A stretch of 63,914 nucleotides of DNA, the filler included, from Phoronis australis (lineage: Eukaryota > Animalia > Phoronida), in NCBI GenBank assembly GCA_002633005.1. It is 7 parts of 7 records of this genome, joined end to end, with 100 filler letters (N's around TTAATTAATTAA, not from the genome) between each part and the next. Parts side by side here need not be neighbours in the genome. Positions count along the whole stretch, not along the records: positions 1 to 26,982 come from NMRA01000015.1; positions 27,083 to 46,465 come from NMRA01001444.1; 5 more parts are not named here. One strand, written 5' to 3'. The first letter of the stretch is position 1; each line of letters begins with the position of its first letter. Both the position numbers and the translations under genes were made by a program. The notes below the pieces were generated by a model, which was given only the letters and a program-made list of their open reading frames with translations, was not told the DNA's origin and searched no databases. Below are positions 25,818 to 37,600 of this stretch, piece after piece.

Positions 25818-26190
25818 TTACACGGTGATAGAACTCTCCTTTGTCCCGGAGATAAGAAGTGCATGACCTTATTTTGGAAATCAGGCACATTTTCGTGTCT
25901 CTCATTGATGTCCGGAAGCCAAAGAATTTCAACATCACTCATCCACGGATATTTGTCCAGTTATTCAAACTTTCTCAAATTGGAGTTGCAGCACACAGTA
26001 CAGCAGAAATACTTCATTGGCATTAGAAGGACGAATAGAGTAATGCAACTGAGAAAAACTTATAAAGAATAAGACCACAGCAAATAACGTGAAGCTCCAG
26101 TGGCACGAAAATGCAGCGAATTTGCCAGGCGGGTGTGGGTAAATACAGCAGGATTCGAGTGTCGGTGTTTAATCCGGGACAGCCTTATTG
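25818..26190 (+). repeat. Interspersed repeat, unclassified (~370 bp)
   Basis: Aligns in inverted orientation with ~32625-33030 (e.g. ggaaatcaggcacattttcgtgtctctcattgatgtc); a diverged fragment lies near 43210-43280. Confidence 0.75.
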
Positions 26191-26684
26191 GTTCTGCCCT
26201 GTGTCCTACTAATTTTACGCCTGCTACACTTCTAGCAATTTTTTATTTAAGCTATCACAAATTCTGGGTATTTTTAATGAAATAGTTTGAGAAGCCAACA
26301 ACAATTGCATTTTTCATGATCTTTATTGATTAAGAACAGGTTTGGAAGGGCAAGTGATGCAACCAGCCTCCCTCCACTCTATGTCAGCTCATATCAGGCG
26401 ACTTAAAAATGTTCAACAAAAATACCGCGGCTTCTTTTCTCAAGAAGTAGACCAGATCCAATTATGTATTTTAGGCCTTACTTGTTTATATTTCCATCAG
26501 CTGTAAACAATGGTTTCAAGTGGCTACGAACCCAGGTTACATCTAGGAAGCAAAGCTTGGCTTTAGGCCACTTACTGCTATAAAGTTGATCTCAACTTGT
26601 TCTTTATTCAAATGAGAAGTGATTTCTGGGTTTGGAAGAAACTAAAAGTTATGTATTCCTTGATGCTATTCTCATTTAATCACT

Positions 26685-26800
26685 GTGACAAGACCACTTA
26701 TGAGGCCTGGTCTTGTGAGGAGACCACTTATGAGGCCTGGTCTTGTGACGAGACCACTTATGAGGCCTGGTCTTGTGTCAAGACCACTTATGAGGCCTGG
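26685..26800. repeat. Minisatellite, 30-bp unit, ~4 copies
   Basis: agaccacttatgaggcctggtcttgtg. Confidence 0.95.
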
Positions 26801-26982
26801 GCCCGGTCTCCAATCTTTTTACTCGAAATGGAACTCGAAATTAGGTTTGACATTTTCTACTCTACTTTTGGGCGAACTCAACATAAGTGTCTATTATTCT
26901 ATGCTCGAGTACACAATAACTTACGTAGATAATTTATTGCCCTTACTTCACAGTTTGTAAACCCAATATTAAAGCAATAAGT

Positions 26983-27082
26983 NNNNNNNNNNNNNNNNNN
27001 NNNNNNNNNNNNNNNNNNNNNNNNNNTTAATTAATTAANNNNNNNNNNNNNNNNNNNNNNNNNNNNNNNNNNNNNNNNNNNN
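26983..27082. other. Artificial contig spacer (also 46466-46565, 49590-49689, 52789-52888, 57508-57607, 61199-61298)
   Basis: Each is exactly 100 nt: N44-TTAATTAATTAA-N44; the 12-mer gives TAA stops in all six frames. Confidence 0.97.
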
Positions 27083-27923
27083 AAGAACAAACTGACAGGG
27101 ATTTGTCCATTACTTCATTGTACACAAAGTGGGATAACACTTAGTGAGATTTGGGATAATTCTACTAGTACGGTAAAGTCGCGCGATTTTCGAACGGCCC
27201 GCCATTTTCGGACGGCCCGCCATTTTCGACCAAGAATAAATAGTAGTGATGCAACATGAAACTTTCACTGTCCTAGTACTGATATCTTTTCAGGACAATA
27301 GGGCTGTCACATACACCATTATCCGTAGAATGAGATACCAGTTTTCATCTCAAATTGTACTTATAGAAGCACAGGTCTATGAAAACTAAAAACACGGCAT
27401 TAAACTTAAATTTGTAATGAAATGCTAGAGAACTGAGATTCAGTGAATCGCAAAACGGGTCAAGTGAAAATTTTAAGTTCTTGTGAACTTGGAAGGCTTC
27501 CCAGAGGACCTAACCATGCTGGTCCCAAAAACCAGTGAAAATAAATCATCACCTCTCTTCTCACACAGAACAGTGAGGTCAGCTGCTTAAATGCGGGTAG
27601 GTAAGTACTTGTACAGTAGTCCACCAGGTGAAGCTAATGCAATGAACAAAAACCAGTAAAAATGGAAAAAGAATAAAACAATTATGGCAACAACATCAGC
27701 AGAAAAGTAATCGCAGATGTGTTTTGAATAAAATATTGAAAACCTAGATACAAATTTGCAATGCAGTCAGATCATAGAAATTTTGTACCAAAAAAATTTC
27801 AGCATAAAGATCGCGGCTTATTGTAATGGTGTACATAGTGAAATACCATATGTCAAGTTATCAGTGGATAATATGACAACAGAGAGAGCAGACCCACATA
27901 AAGATGTTGGTAAGAGAGAAACT

Positions 27924-27929
27924 TTTATT
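27924..27929 (-). terminator. Candidate polyadenylation signal of nrf-6-like gene
   Basis: AATAAA on minus strand about 730 nt past the stop codon, followed by T/GT-rich sequence. Confidence 0.4.
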
Positions 27930-28658
27930 TTTTAAATCATACAAAAATACATTGTTATATGACTGGGTAGCCAGCAAAGGCACCGGCTGCTAATAGCTGA
28001 CCGAGTAACAAACAATTAAATAGATATTAACAATTAAGAAGAACAATATAAATAACAACAGAAAAAAGTACATCAACAATGAAACAAGATACATTGCAAG
28101 TTCATTCAAAAACATAAATTAGTAGAGCAATCGTACAGCAAACATCTCACGAAAAAAGTGAAATCACGCAAAATCGTGTATTAAGCCAGACACAGACTAG
28201 AAAAATGGTCCCCACCTAATTGATTGGTCGGTCAGGTTGGAATGTTGAATTATGGGAAAAACATTTGCTCCATAAATGAAGGTTTCTCATCACAGTGTGT
28301 TTAAGTAGCAATTTCGTCACATTTACAATATCACGGCTTTGGCACAAAGAAGTATAAACATGTAGCTTTGAATACTTCTGGGTAAATTGTGAGAGAAAAA
28401 AATCGAAGACAAAATTCATTGCAAAAAGCTGAAATTTTTCTCAATAAAACAAAACCAGTTACTGATTCTATAACAATATATAGAGCTACTTTCATAATTT
28501 GCCAAATTTTCATAATTACACAGATAGCTTTCAGCCCAAAAATATCAACACTATGCAAAAACAGAAATTCATCTAAGTCAACTGGGGCTTTGTCACCATG
28601 ACTACGACCATAGTTCTCTCTTTAAGTATGCACAACACCAATACAGACATGGCTTGAC

Positions 28659-31600
28659 CTATTTACGCTTGCCACGTAGTACCCTCTCCACGGCCATCAA
28701 CGGCGATTCAAACATGAGAGAGAACACAAATGCGAATACATAGGCAGCCACCATGTTGGCCAGGAAATAGTAAATCTGAAATATCAAATCGTAAAATATT
28801 ATACAAGACCTAAAACTAATTGGAAATTAATCTGCACTGAACTATTTTTACTAATGAAGGACTGATGACTTTGAGATGCATGGTTTGTATTTTTAGTACA
28901 AAGCTTTTTTCAAAAATATCCCCACATTCAATAATGCCCACTTTGATTAAACCATGAACACATGATCGCAAAACAGATTTGCATCAAAGTTATCTTAGCT
29001 TGTGCTTCTACAACAAAGTAATCTTAGCCGGAATTGGAACTTTTAGAGTAACAAATATGCAGATTGTTGTCTAGATTAAACAGAAGCTTGCCTCTAAAAG
29101 GTCCGATGAGATAGACCAAAACTTATAAGCTTAAACACTATAAAGCTTATAAGTTTTCAGTTGGTTAATCCCAATTACTATATCAGGTACTTAGGTGTTA
29201 ACTATAACTGCAGCCGAGTTTTTTCTGTATTGAACATTCACATTTTCAGTAAATAGTAAAAAATATAAATTATAAGCTTAAACATTATTAAGCTTATAAG
29301 TTTTGGTTAATCCAAGTTAAGCATGACAGATAGCTAGCTTTTAATTATAATTGCACCTGAGTTTTTTCTGTATTACACATTTGCATATTCAGCAGGAAGT
29401 AAAAAATATCAATAATTATAAGTTAAAAACGTCCTGTTTCACTCTGACATTGCAATTTTAATGATGTTAAAAACATTTATGCCAAGCAAGTAAAAGAATT
29501 CATCCTTTCCCACTATAAATCTATGACAGGCTAAAATAATCCTTCAAGCAATGGTGTTCCAGTAAATTGAGGATGGTAAAATCCAACAAAAAGGCTGGCA
29601 GAAACTCACCATGTTGTTGTCTGTATTCATGATGAGAGTCTCTTGAGATTGGTAGTACCAGGATATGATGGCGGGGTGACACAGATAGGCGCAGTAGGTC
29701 AGACGACTGAGGGGTATGAGAACTGGCCAGGACAGAAGGGTGTTGATAAACCCTGCAATAGATGATACAAAATGCGTCAAAATTGGAACATGACATCATT
29801 TCATCAATAGAAAGCTATTTATCAAGTTTCATAGAAATCTGTCAATGAACTTCAGAGAAACAATATGGAAAATGGAAAAAATGAAATTGCCACTAGGGGG
29901 CACAGCATTCGTCAGATTCGTCTGAAAGTTGTCCTCATCTGTTGTCAACTTCATATACAATAACCATCTTAATTTTAATAAAGATCCTGCAGTGGGCTTA
30001 TGAGATACAACAACGCAAAAAAACAACACTGCCAGTAGGAGGCGCCACAGCAGTACGAGTCGTCAGAAAATCATGGTCAACTGTCCTCTTCACACTAAGA
30101 ACATATTATGCCAATTTTCACAATCATCCTTAAAGTGATTTGGTTGATAGAGGGGCGGATGCCAAAAACAGACTCGAATACAGTAAAAATGGCCACTAGG
30201 TGGTGCAAAATACGTGGAATCTGTCTGAAAACAGGCGTCAAAACAGCGTCATTTCATTAATAGATGCCTCAGTGCTAACTAAGTTTCATGAAAATCTGCT
30301 GATCACCTTTGAAGATACAGAGGTAAACGTAAAAAAATAAAATTGCCCCTAGGAGGCACCCCAGTAGTCGTGTTTGTCTGAAATTCGTCATCAACCATCA
30401 GCTTCATAGGAACACATCTGCCAAATCTCATCAAGATCCTGTGAGGGGTTTAGGGGATACAGCTGTGGATGTTGGACACCACTCACATAAAAATGGACAA
30501 GGGAAGAGTTTGAATTACTTCGATCTAAGAAAAAGAACAATATTATACCTCCATAGCCACTGCAGCAAGCGAAAATCACCCAGCCAACACCTAATGACCA
30601 GGCAAACCTGAAGGTGGCGTTGTAGAAGGCAGCCACGCTGTTGTCTAGAGGTTGGTTCTGCCAGACATCATAAAGTCCGTAGAGTACGGAGAGACAAAGG
30701 AAGGCTGCTACTGCCCAACACAGGAGTACAACGGCCTGCATGAAATGAAAATGCAGTGATAGAAAACAGTTCAATAACGCTAGGACCTCACTAGGATCTC
30801 ACTAGGACCTCACTAGGACCTCACTAGGATCTCACTAGAAAAGCAAGACTTTGCAAGAGTATGCAAGATATTATCATGTACTTTAAATGAGAACACAATG
30901 CGAACAGCGACAAAATTTCTTTGGCCTCGAACATCATATTTCCACTGAACCAACCCCGGCAACTATCTCACGGTATGTTAATTAATCGTGACAATTTGCA
31001 AGCAATAATGAGATGCCCAAAGGATATTAGCCAATCATTATATTCTGACAGACACTCAGTACTTCGGCTTTAAAAAATTTCTCATTTTGAGTAAATCATT
31101 TGCATCATTTCACAACATTAATGTTCAAAGCGATGAGCATGGCCTAGGAATAACGTCTAACGTTACATGGCATGGATTAGGAACAACACTAAGGTCACAA
31201 GGAATGATTTAGGAATAACCTTAAGGTCACATGGTATGGTTTATAAATAACATTCAGGTTATATGGTATGATTTAGCAATAAAACTAAGGTCACAAGGAA
31301 TGTAAATAGTGCTTGATGGTGTTTTAAAGAAGAAAAGTGCCTGACCTTGTTCATGATCACTTTACACTGAGTCTTGAAAAGCAAGTATCCAAACAGCATA
31401 CCGACCAGGTAGGCCGAGATGCGGGTGTATGGCCGAACGTAGATGTCATCAGGTCTATACGCATAGAGCCAACAGAAATGAAGGAAAATGTTAAAGCGTG
31501 ATGCCACATGCGAGATTTCCACAGTGAGTCTCCAATTAGAGGAATAAAGAAGTGAATAATAATATTGACTTAGAGGGAACAGCATTTTGAGAACCAGCTT

Positions 31601-34600
31601 TCTGCACTAAATTAAATAGGGTCAAACTGGTTCTCAAAATACGGGCCTTCTGTTACAATAAGTGATTATTGCAGAATGAAGATCTGAAAAACAACAGAAA
31701 GACAATGTTTGGACAAGGGACTAAGTCTGCTAGCCGACTCACTAACAATTGAGAGAGGGAGTAACAACAATAACTTTTCACCCAACAAAGACGGTAGTCA
31801 CTTAATATTCAGGCACGGTGCCATGACTGTAGAACACTGCAGGTACTTACACATTGACCGGATCTAAGTTAAGCAATGTTGTAGACCCAGGTGCTAGATG
31901 ATTCAGGGAAGATATGACCCCAGTAGTAATCATGCAGCCAGTAGACAGTACAAGGAGTATGAACAATCCCACCAGTTTAAACCTGTCAAAACAACAAGTT
32001 GCAACATTAGTAGAGGCCATACAAGCTATGAACTGAGTGCATGGTCATTATGAACAGCTCAAAAAATTGAACAGGAAGTTGGCAATGTCAGCAATGGCTG
32101 TGAACACAGAGCATGAAGATTGTGAGAAACATAACACGTTCCAAGCTCTTCAAATCAGAGTGGTGAATAACAATTGACACAAGAAATTCATTTTTTCCAT
32201 CTGAGAAAGACAGTAGGAAGGGTAGATGTCTAAAACTTCTACACAGGTATTTACCACTTTTTGGAAGGAAAAAATGAATTTCCCTGTGTCATAATGTTCC
32301 AAGCTGTGAATTCAAGCTTGACATTAAATCAGATCAAAAAGCGGACAATCGCCGCACAAATGAAAACGTTCATATTGATTTGATGTTTCGTCTATTCATT
32401 AGACATTAACATGAGTCGTGGTCACAAAAGATGCATCCACAACACAATTGCCAACGATCCAAGACCTCTTTACATCTACAAACAACACTTAAATACAAAA
32501 CGTCAGCAGTGACCCCTGATGACTGAGGACTGAGTTATGTAAATGATCAGGCTTACCACCTGATCACAGAGGCTGTCAAAAAACTCACAGGTACGAACAA
32601 TCCCAGAAGCTTAAATCTATCAATACAATAAGGCCATCCTACATTGCACAGCGACACTCGAATCTCACTGTATTTACCCGCAGTGCCGTAAACATCCGTC
32701 AACTACATTTGCTGCTTCATTTTCATGCCACTTGAGTTTCAAAAATTATTTGTTGTTGTCTCCGCATTCTTTACAAGTTTTTCTTAGTTGCATTATTCTC
32801 TTCATCCTTCTAATGCCAACAAAGTATTAGGCCTACTGCTTTGTTGTGCTGTGGGCTGCAACTCCCATGTGAGAAAGTTTGGTAAAGTGGACAAATACCC
32901 ATGGATGTGTGATCTGAAATTCACCGCCTTCCCGACATCAATGAGAGACACGAAAATGTGCCTGATTTCCAAAACGGGGCCAGGCGCTTTCTTATCTCCG
33001 GGATAAAGGAGAGTTCTATCGCCGTGTAATATGCGACAGCCGTATTAACCATAAGCAATAATCACACAGCCGTGCATGAAACTATCAATACCACAATGGC
33101 TGTCAGCAAGAAAAATATTACGATTAATCCAACAAGTCTGAATGTGCAAGTTCCAACAGCCGATATACAAGCTAATGACTTGAGCAACCCAACCACCCTG
33201 AACAACATAATCTCCATCTACCAAAAAATTCACGAATTCTAATTCACGAAATTACTAAAGCTAATGTATAGCAGCAAATAAACGGCAATGCTATTTTAAT
33301 ATAAAATATGCTGCAAATAGGTGACCTTTGCGCTAATAACGTACCTCGCGGGCTCACATAGCCCACATCATGCAGTGTTATTCCCCAGTGCCACATCACG
33401 ATACTTACTGGACATTGTTCAGTGATTTGCAGCACGTCATTTTTGCCAAAAAACTCGTTCTTAAAAACATTTGGATAGTTTCAACTAATTTCAAATTCAC
33501 ATCGTACCTATATGTTCTCTTATTAACTAATTTAGTCAAGCAATCACAGAGATAAGGAGTTAGTGTGCAAGTTCCACTTTAAAAGAGTACTCACCTATAC
33601 AAAGGATAGATGATCAGCGGTGAGATAACGTAGAACTGCATGTCATTGGCTAAGTACCATGACCAGGCCATACACTGAAATAGCGAAATTCAACATTGTC
33701 TGTAGAGCTTTGACAGCATGAAAGCAAATTTCTCTTGACCCAATTTCCAACAGTAGCGTGCAGGACGGGCCAAGTTAACAGAGACAAAACACGAATTCTT
33801 TCATTTACGGAGATGTTGAGACATTGGGCATATTTGCGTCCTGCACAAAGGCTAATTTGATGGCATGATGGCCACAAAGCATTTAGAAAAAGATCGAAAA
33901 GCTCACTGCATTAAATCTTCATACAAGAGCACAAAATACTGTCCACCAACTACACTATCGCCATCTAGTGGCAAGGCATATTTCAACAAACATGGTAACC
34001 TTGGTGGTCATTACCAGTCATTTGTTGATTTGTTCATCTTGTTCCAGATAAACCTAAAAACAACTGCAGCAAAAGAACTTTTGCCTACAGAAGTGCTATC
34101 ACTTACAACGGGATAGGGACTGCCGTCATGAATGCATCCAATGTCCACGTCTTCAATGAGAAATACTGGGAGTTTGTGCGCAGTTCGGGATTGTAGGCCT
34201 CAGCTCATTATTATTTTATTCTATTTTATCTTCGTCTAATTGTGCATATTAACTAATTTTTATGGCTAATTTATTCTATTTATAAATCTTTTCAATATAA
34301 TTGTACACAACTCTCTGTATTTTACTTCATGCAATTATTTCCGACTGGGCCCACTTGAAAATCAGTGTATTCACTAAGTGGTCAACCAGTCTTTTAAAGA
34401 CGTTTATAATTCACCTTCACGACTCAGAAATGGTGTTATGTTTGATAGATTTCTCTTTAAGTGTACATTCAACTACCGTAAACGTTCGGGTTAATGCCCA
34501 TGCTCAGTTAACCGCCCACCCCTTACTTTAGGTGGATTTTCGAATTAACCGCCCACTGCTCGGTTAACCGCCCCTATGTGATTTTTGAAGATTTCCAGTT

Positions 34601-37600
34601 AAGTGCCCACCTCTCGGTAAAGCGCCCATCCCCGATTTTTTGGGTTTGCCAATTTAACCGCCCCGGGCCTTAACCCGAACGTTTACGGTAAGACACATGG
34701 CCACACCTGCGACTTAGATTGGAAAAAGTTGTTGATGTAGAGGGCATTAGTCCACCACCAGGAGGCGCAGTTCGGGTCACTCCGTTCATTCCACAATGGA
34801 CCACTGCCGGCATACGGCAATAGACAGACATAGACCATCATGACTAGCAAGTAAGCTGGAGTAAGACTGAAATAAAACCAAGTGGAAGAACTGCTGTTAA
34901 ATGCTGTCAACCGGAACAGAAAAAAGACTGAACAGGGTACTGAAGTAACCATGTGAACGCCTTCTGGTTAATCAAGACCTTAGACTAGGTGCAAATTAAG
35001 AATTAAATAAGCCATAAACATACAGCAGAGCAATATAGAATGTAAGATGGACGGATGGACAAGAAGCGGTGATTTCAAACCAGTATGGCTGTAAACACTT
35101 TAGCAGATGAAAACATAATTTTTAGTTAAAGCAAATTTTGTATATTAAAATTTGTTGATTATTCTGAGAAATCACGTTTTTATCAATGAAATCTTTCAGT
35201 TTACTTGCGACTACCTCAGCTGGAAGACACCGTCATGTGACTACACTAATCCAAGCTCTGCAGCGTGGTCACACCATTGTATGTTCAAAGGTCAATGGTT
35301 GACTAGAGCAGATGATTACGGGAGATCTTTTGGATCTGTAGCAACTGCTGTTCGTGAAGTGAAGATGGCCAGTATTCACACAGAATCAGCTATAAGCTAG
35401 AAATCCGTTTTTTACAGTGATACTTTACCAATTTTCGATGAAAATATTTGCAAAAATTGGCCCCCTGTTCCCTTTTTATTTCAAGAGTTTCTAATGCTCA
35501 AGACCCTTCTGCAGTACAGAGCTTCAACAAGGTAGAGTATCAAATTGAATGTGATGCTACTTATCTTTCATGCCTAAATATAACAATAAAATTTGCTCGT
35601 CCTTCAGATGAGATGGACCTTCCCTTTAAACATGAATATTAGACTAGGAAGGGATTATCAACATTCCTTCAGGCACAGCTTCTACTGTGAGTTAGTGATG
35701 CAGTTAATTAGATTATATGCCATACAGGAAGATACATTCCAACGCTCAAAACTTGGGATTTTGTCAACAAAATCACTATTACTGACCAATTTGTAAATTT
35801 AAGAACCCCCACAGTCCAAATTTTACTGCTACATTCAGATTCTATTATAATAGTTTCCTTCGGTTTTCATGTCCCATAAAGAAAATGGAAATATAGAGCC
35901 TGGATGCCTTCAAGCCTTTTGATAGACATCAACTGATAAACAGTAATTACACGATAGACATCATTTGATAAACAGTCAATCTGTTGATAACNCCCCCCCC
36001 CCCCCCTATTCTGAATGGAATAGAACCAGTCCTGCTGACCACACATGCCGTTGAAGAAAATGAAAAGATTTCTCCAAATCGATCCTGATCTCATTTACAG
36101 GGGATCTTTACAGGGTGGATTGAAGTCCTAACTTGGTGACACTATACCATTATACTCTAATAGAACAAGCACATCACCAGTTTATGCTTGGACCTTTGCA
36201 ATAACTATAAACAGTCACACTCCTTACCGCCAGTAGCGATGCGCGTAGAACATCAACCAGTTTAGTTTTCCTCCATTCTCCTTCAGTTCTTTCAGTGTGA
36301 GGTAAGTAACCAACAAACCACTGTAAAGGCAACAAAGTCTAAAAATGGTGTGACACTTTTTTCATAGAGTTCAATCTGCTGTCCAGACTTGTAACTGACT
36401 AAGATTGTAACAAGCTGTAACTGTAACAGATTGTGATTGTAATGGACTGTGATTACAACAAGTTGTGATTGTAACGGACACCTCTAGAAAACTAAAAACG
36501 ATTACACATTCAATGTCTAACATTTCGATGTTAAATGAGTCCATCACCAACATGGAAACAGGAAACCCACAGAAGGGTCACAACTAATCAAGATTAACTG
36601 GGAACGGTCTTGCACCAGCAGCAGCAGTAAACACACAAATGTTCAAAACTATTCCCAAAGAGTGAGCTCAACAGAGTCAAGGTTGTTATTCAGTGACACC
36701 ATAACCGTGATTCATCTCAACAATGACAAGACTATCTTTGATGGTCAGTCTAAACTTATTCATAAAACTATTGAGAATGACAAGGTTAGTATAAACTATT
36801 ACATGCCCTTTTACCATAGATTGACTACAGAGGGCACTGCTATTGCTTACAGAATGCTCCTTGGCTCTTTGAACCAATTACCAGTGTGGCAGTTTTATGT
36901 TGACACAACAACCAGATTTGGTCACAGAAGCCAGTCATAAAAGTTTGGGTGCTGTGATATGGTGTGTAATGTAATCACAACCAACAAGTCAATCATACTA
37001 GTGGGTTGGGGAACGAGATGTTGAGCCATCTGTCCACAAATTAATGGCTGGGTGTGATCTTCTTGACAGATATCTAATGTATAGTCTGCCAAATTTTACA
37101 AAGATCCAGTAACAAAAGGAATTTGGCAAATGTATTCAGCAGACAAAAAACAAATGAAAATTGGCACTTCAGGAACACACGAAAGACTAAATTCATCCGA
37201 AGATCAAGGTTAGTCATGCTAATCCTAATAAGTAGGGTCATGACAACGCAACTGTTTACGGTGAACAGGAGATGAAGCAGACGTCTGGATGACCATCTGC
37301 AGTTGATGGCCCAAATCACACTATGAACACGATGACTCATAAAATTTATTGCCCAGCCCAACTTACCTGAGCACAAAGAACGAGTCCACACTGACTGTAG
37401 CATTGGCTATTGCCTGAAATGTCCATCTCTTCAGATAGATTGGTGCATCCCCACGGTCACCTAGAGGTCAACATGACGTTGCAGACACTGCAGTTTTAAA
37501 CAGGTGAGAACAAAATAATATAGTTATCCATTGATTCCACTGAAAATATTTGCCGTACTTAATAATATCTTTAACACGTATTGGTATGTCTTTAGTGTTT

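Noticed and set aside
27027-27038. Recurring palindrome TTAATTAATTAA as a biological motif
   Set aside because: Always centred in an exact 100-nt N block; it is an assembly spacer
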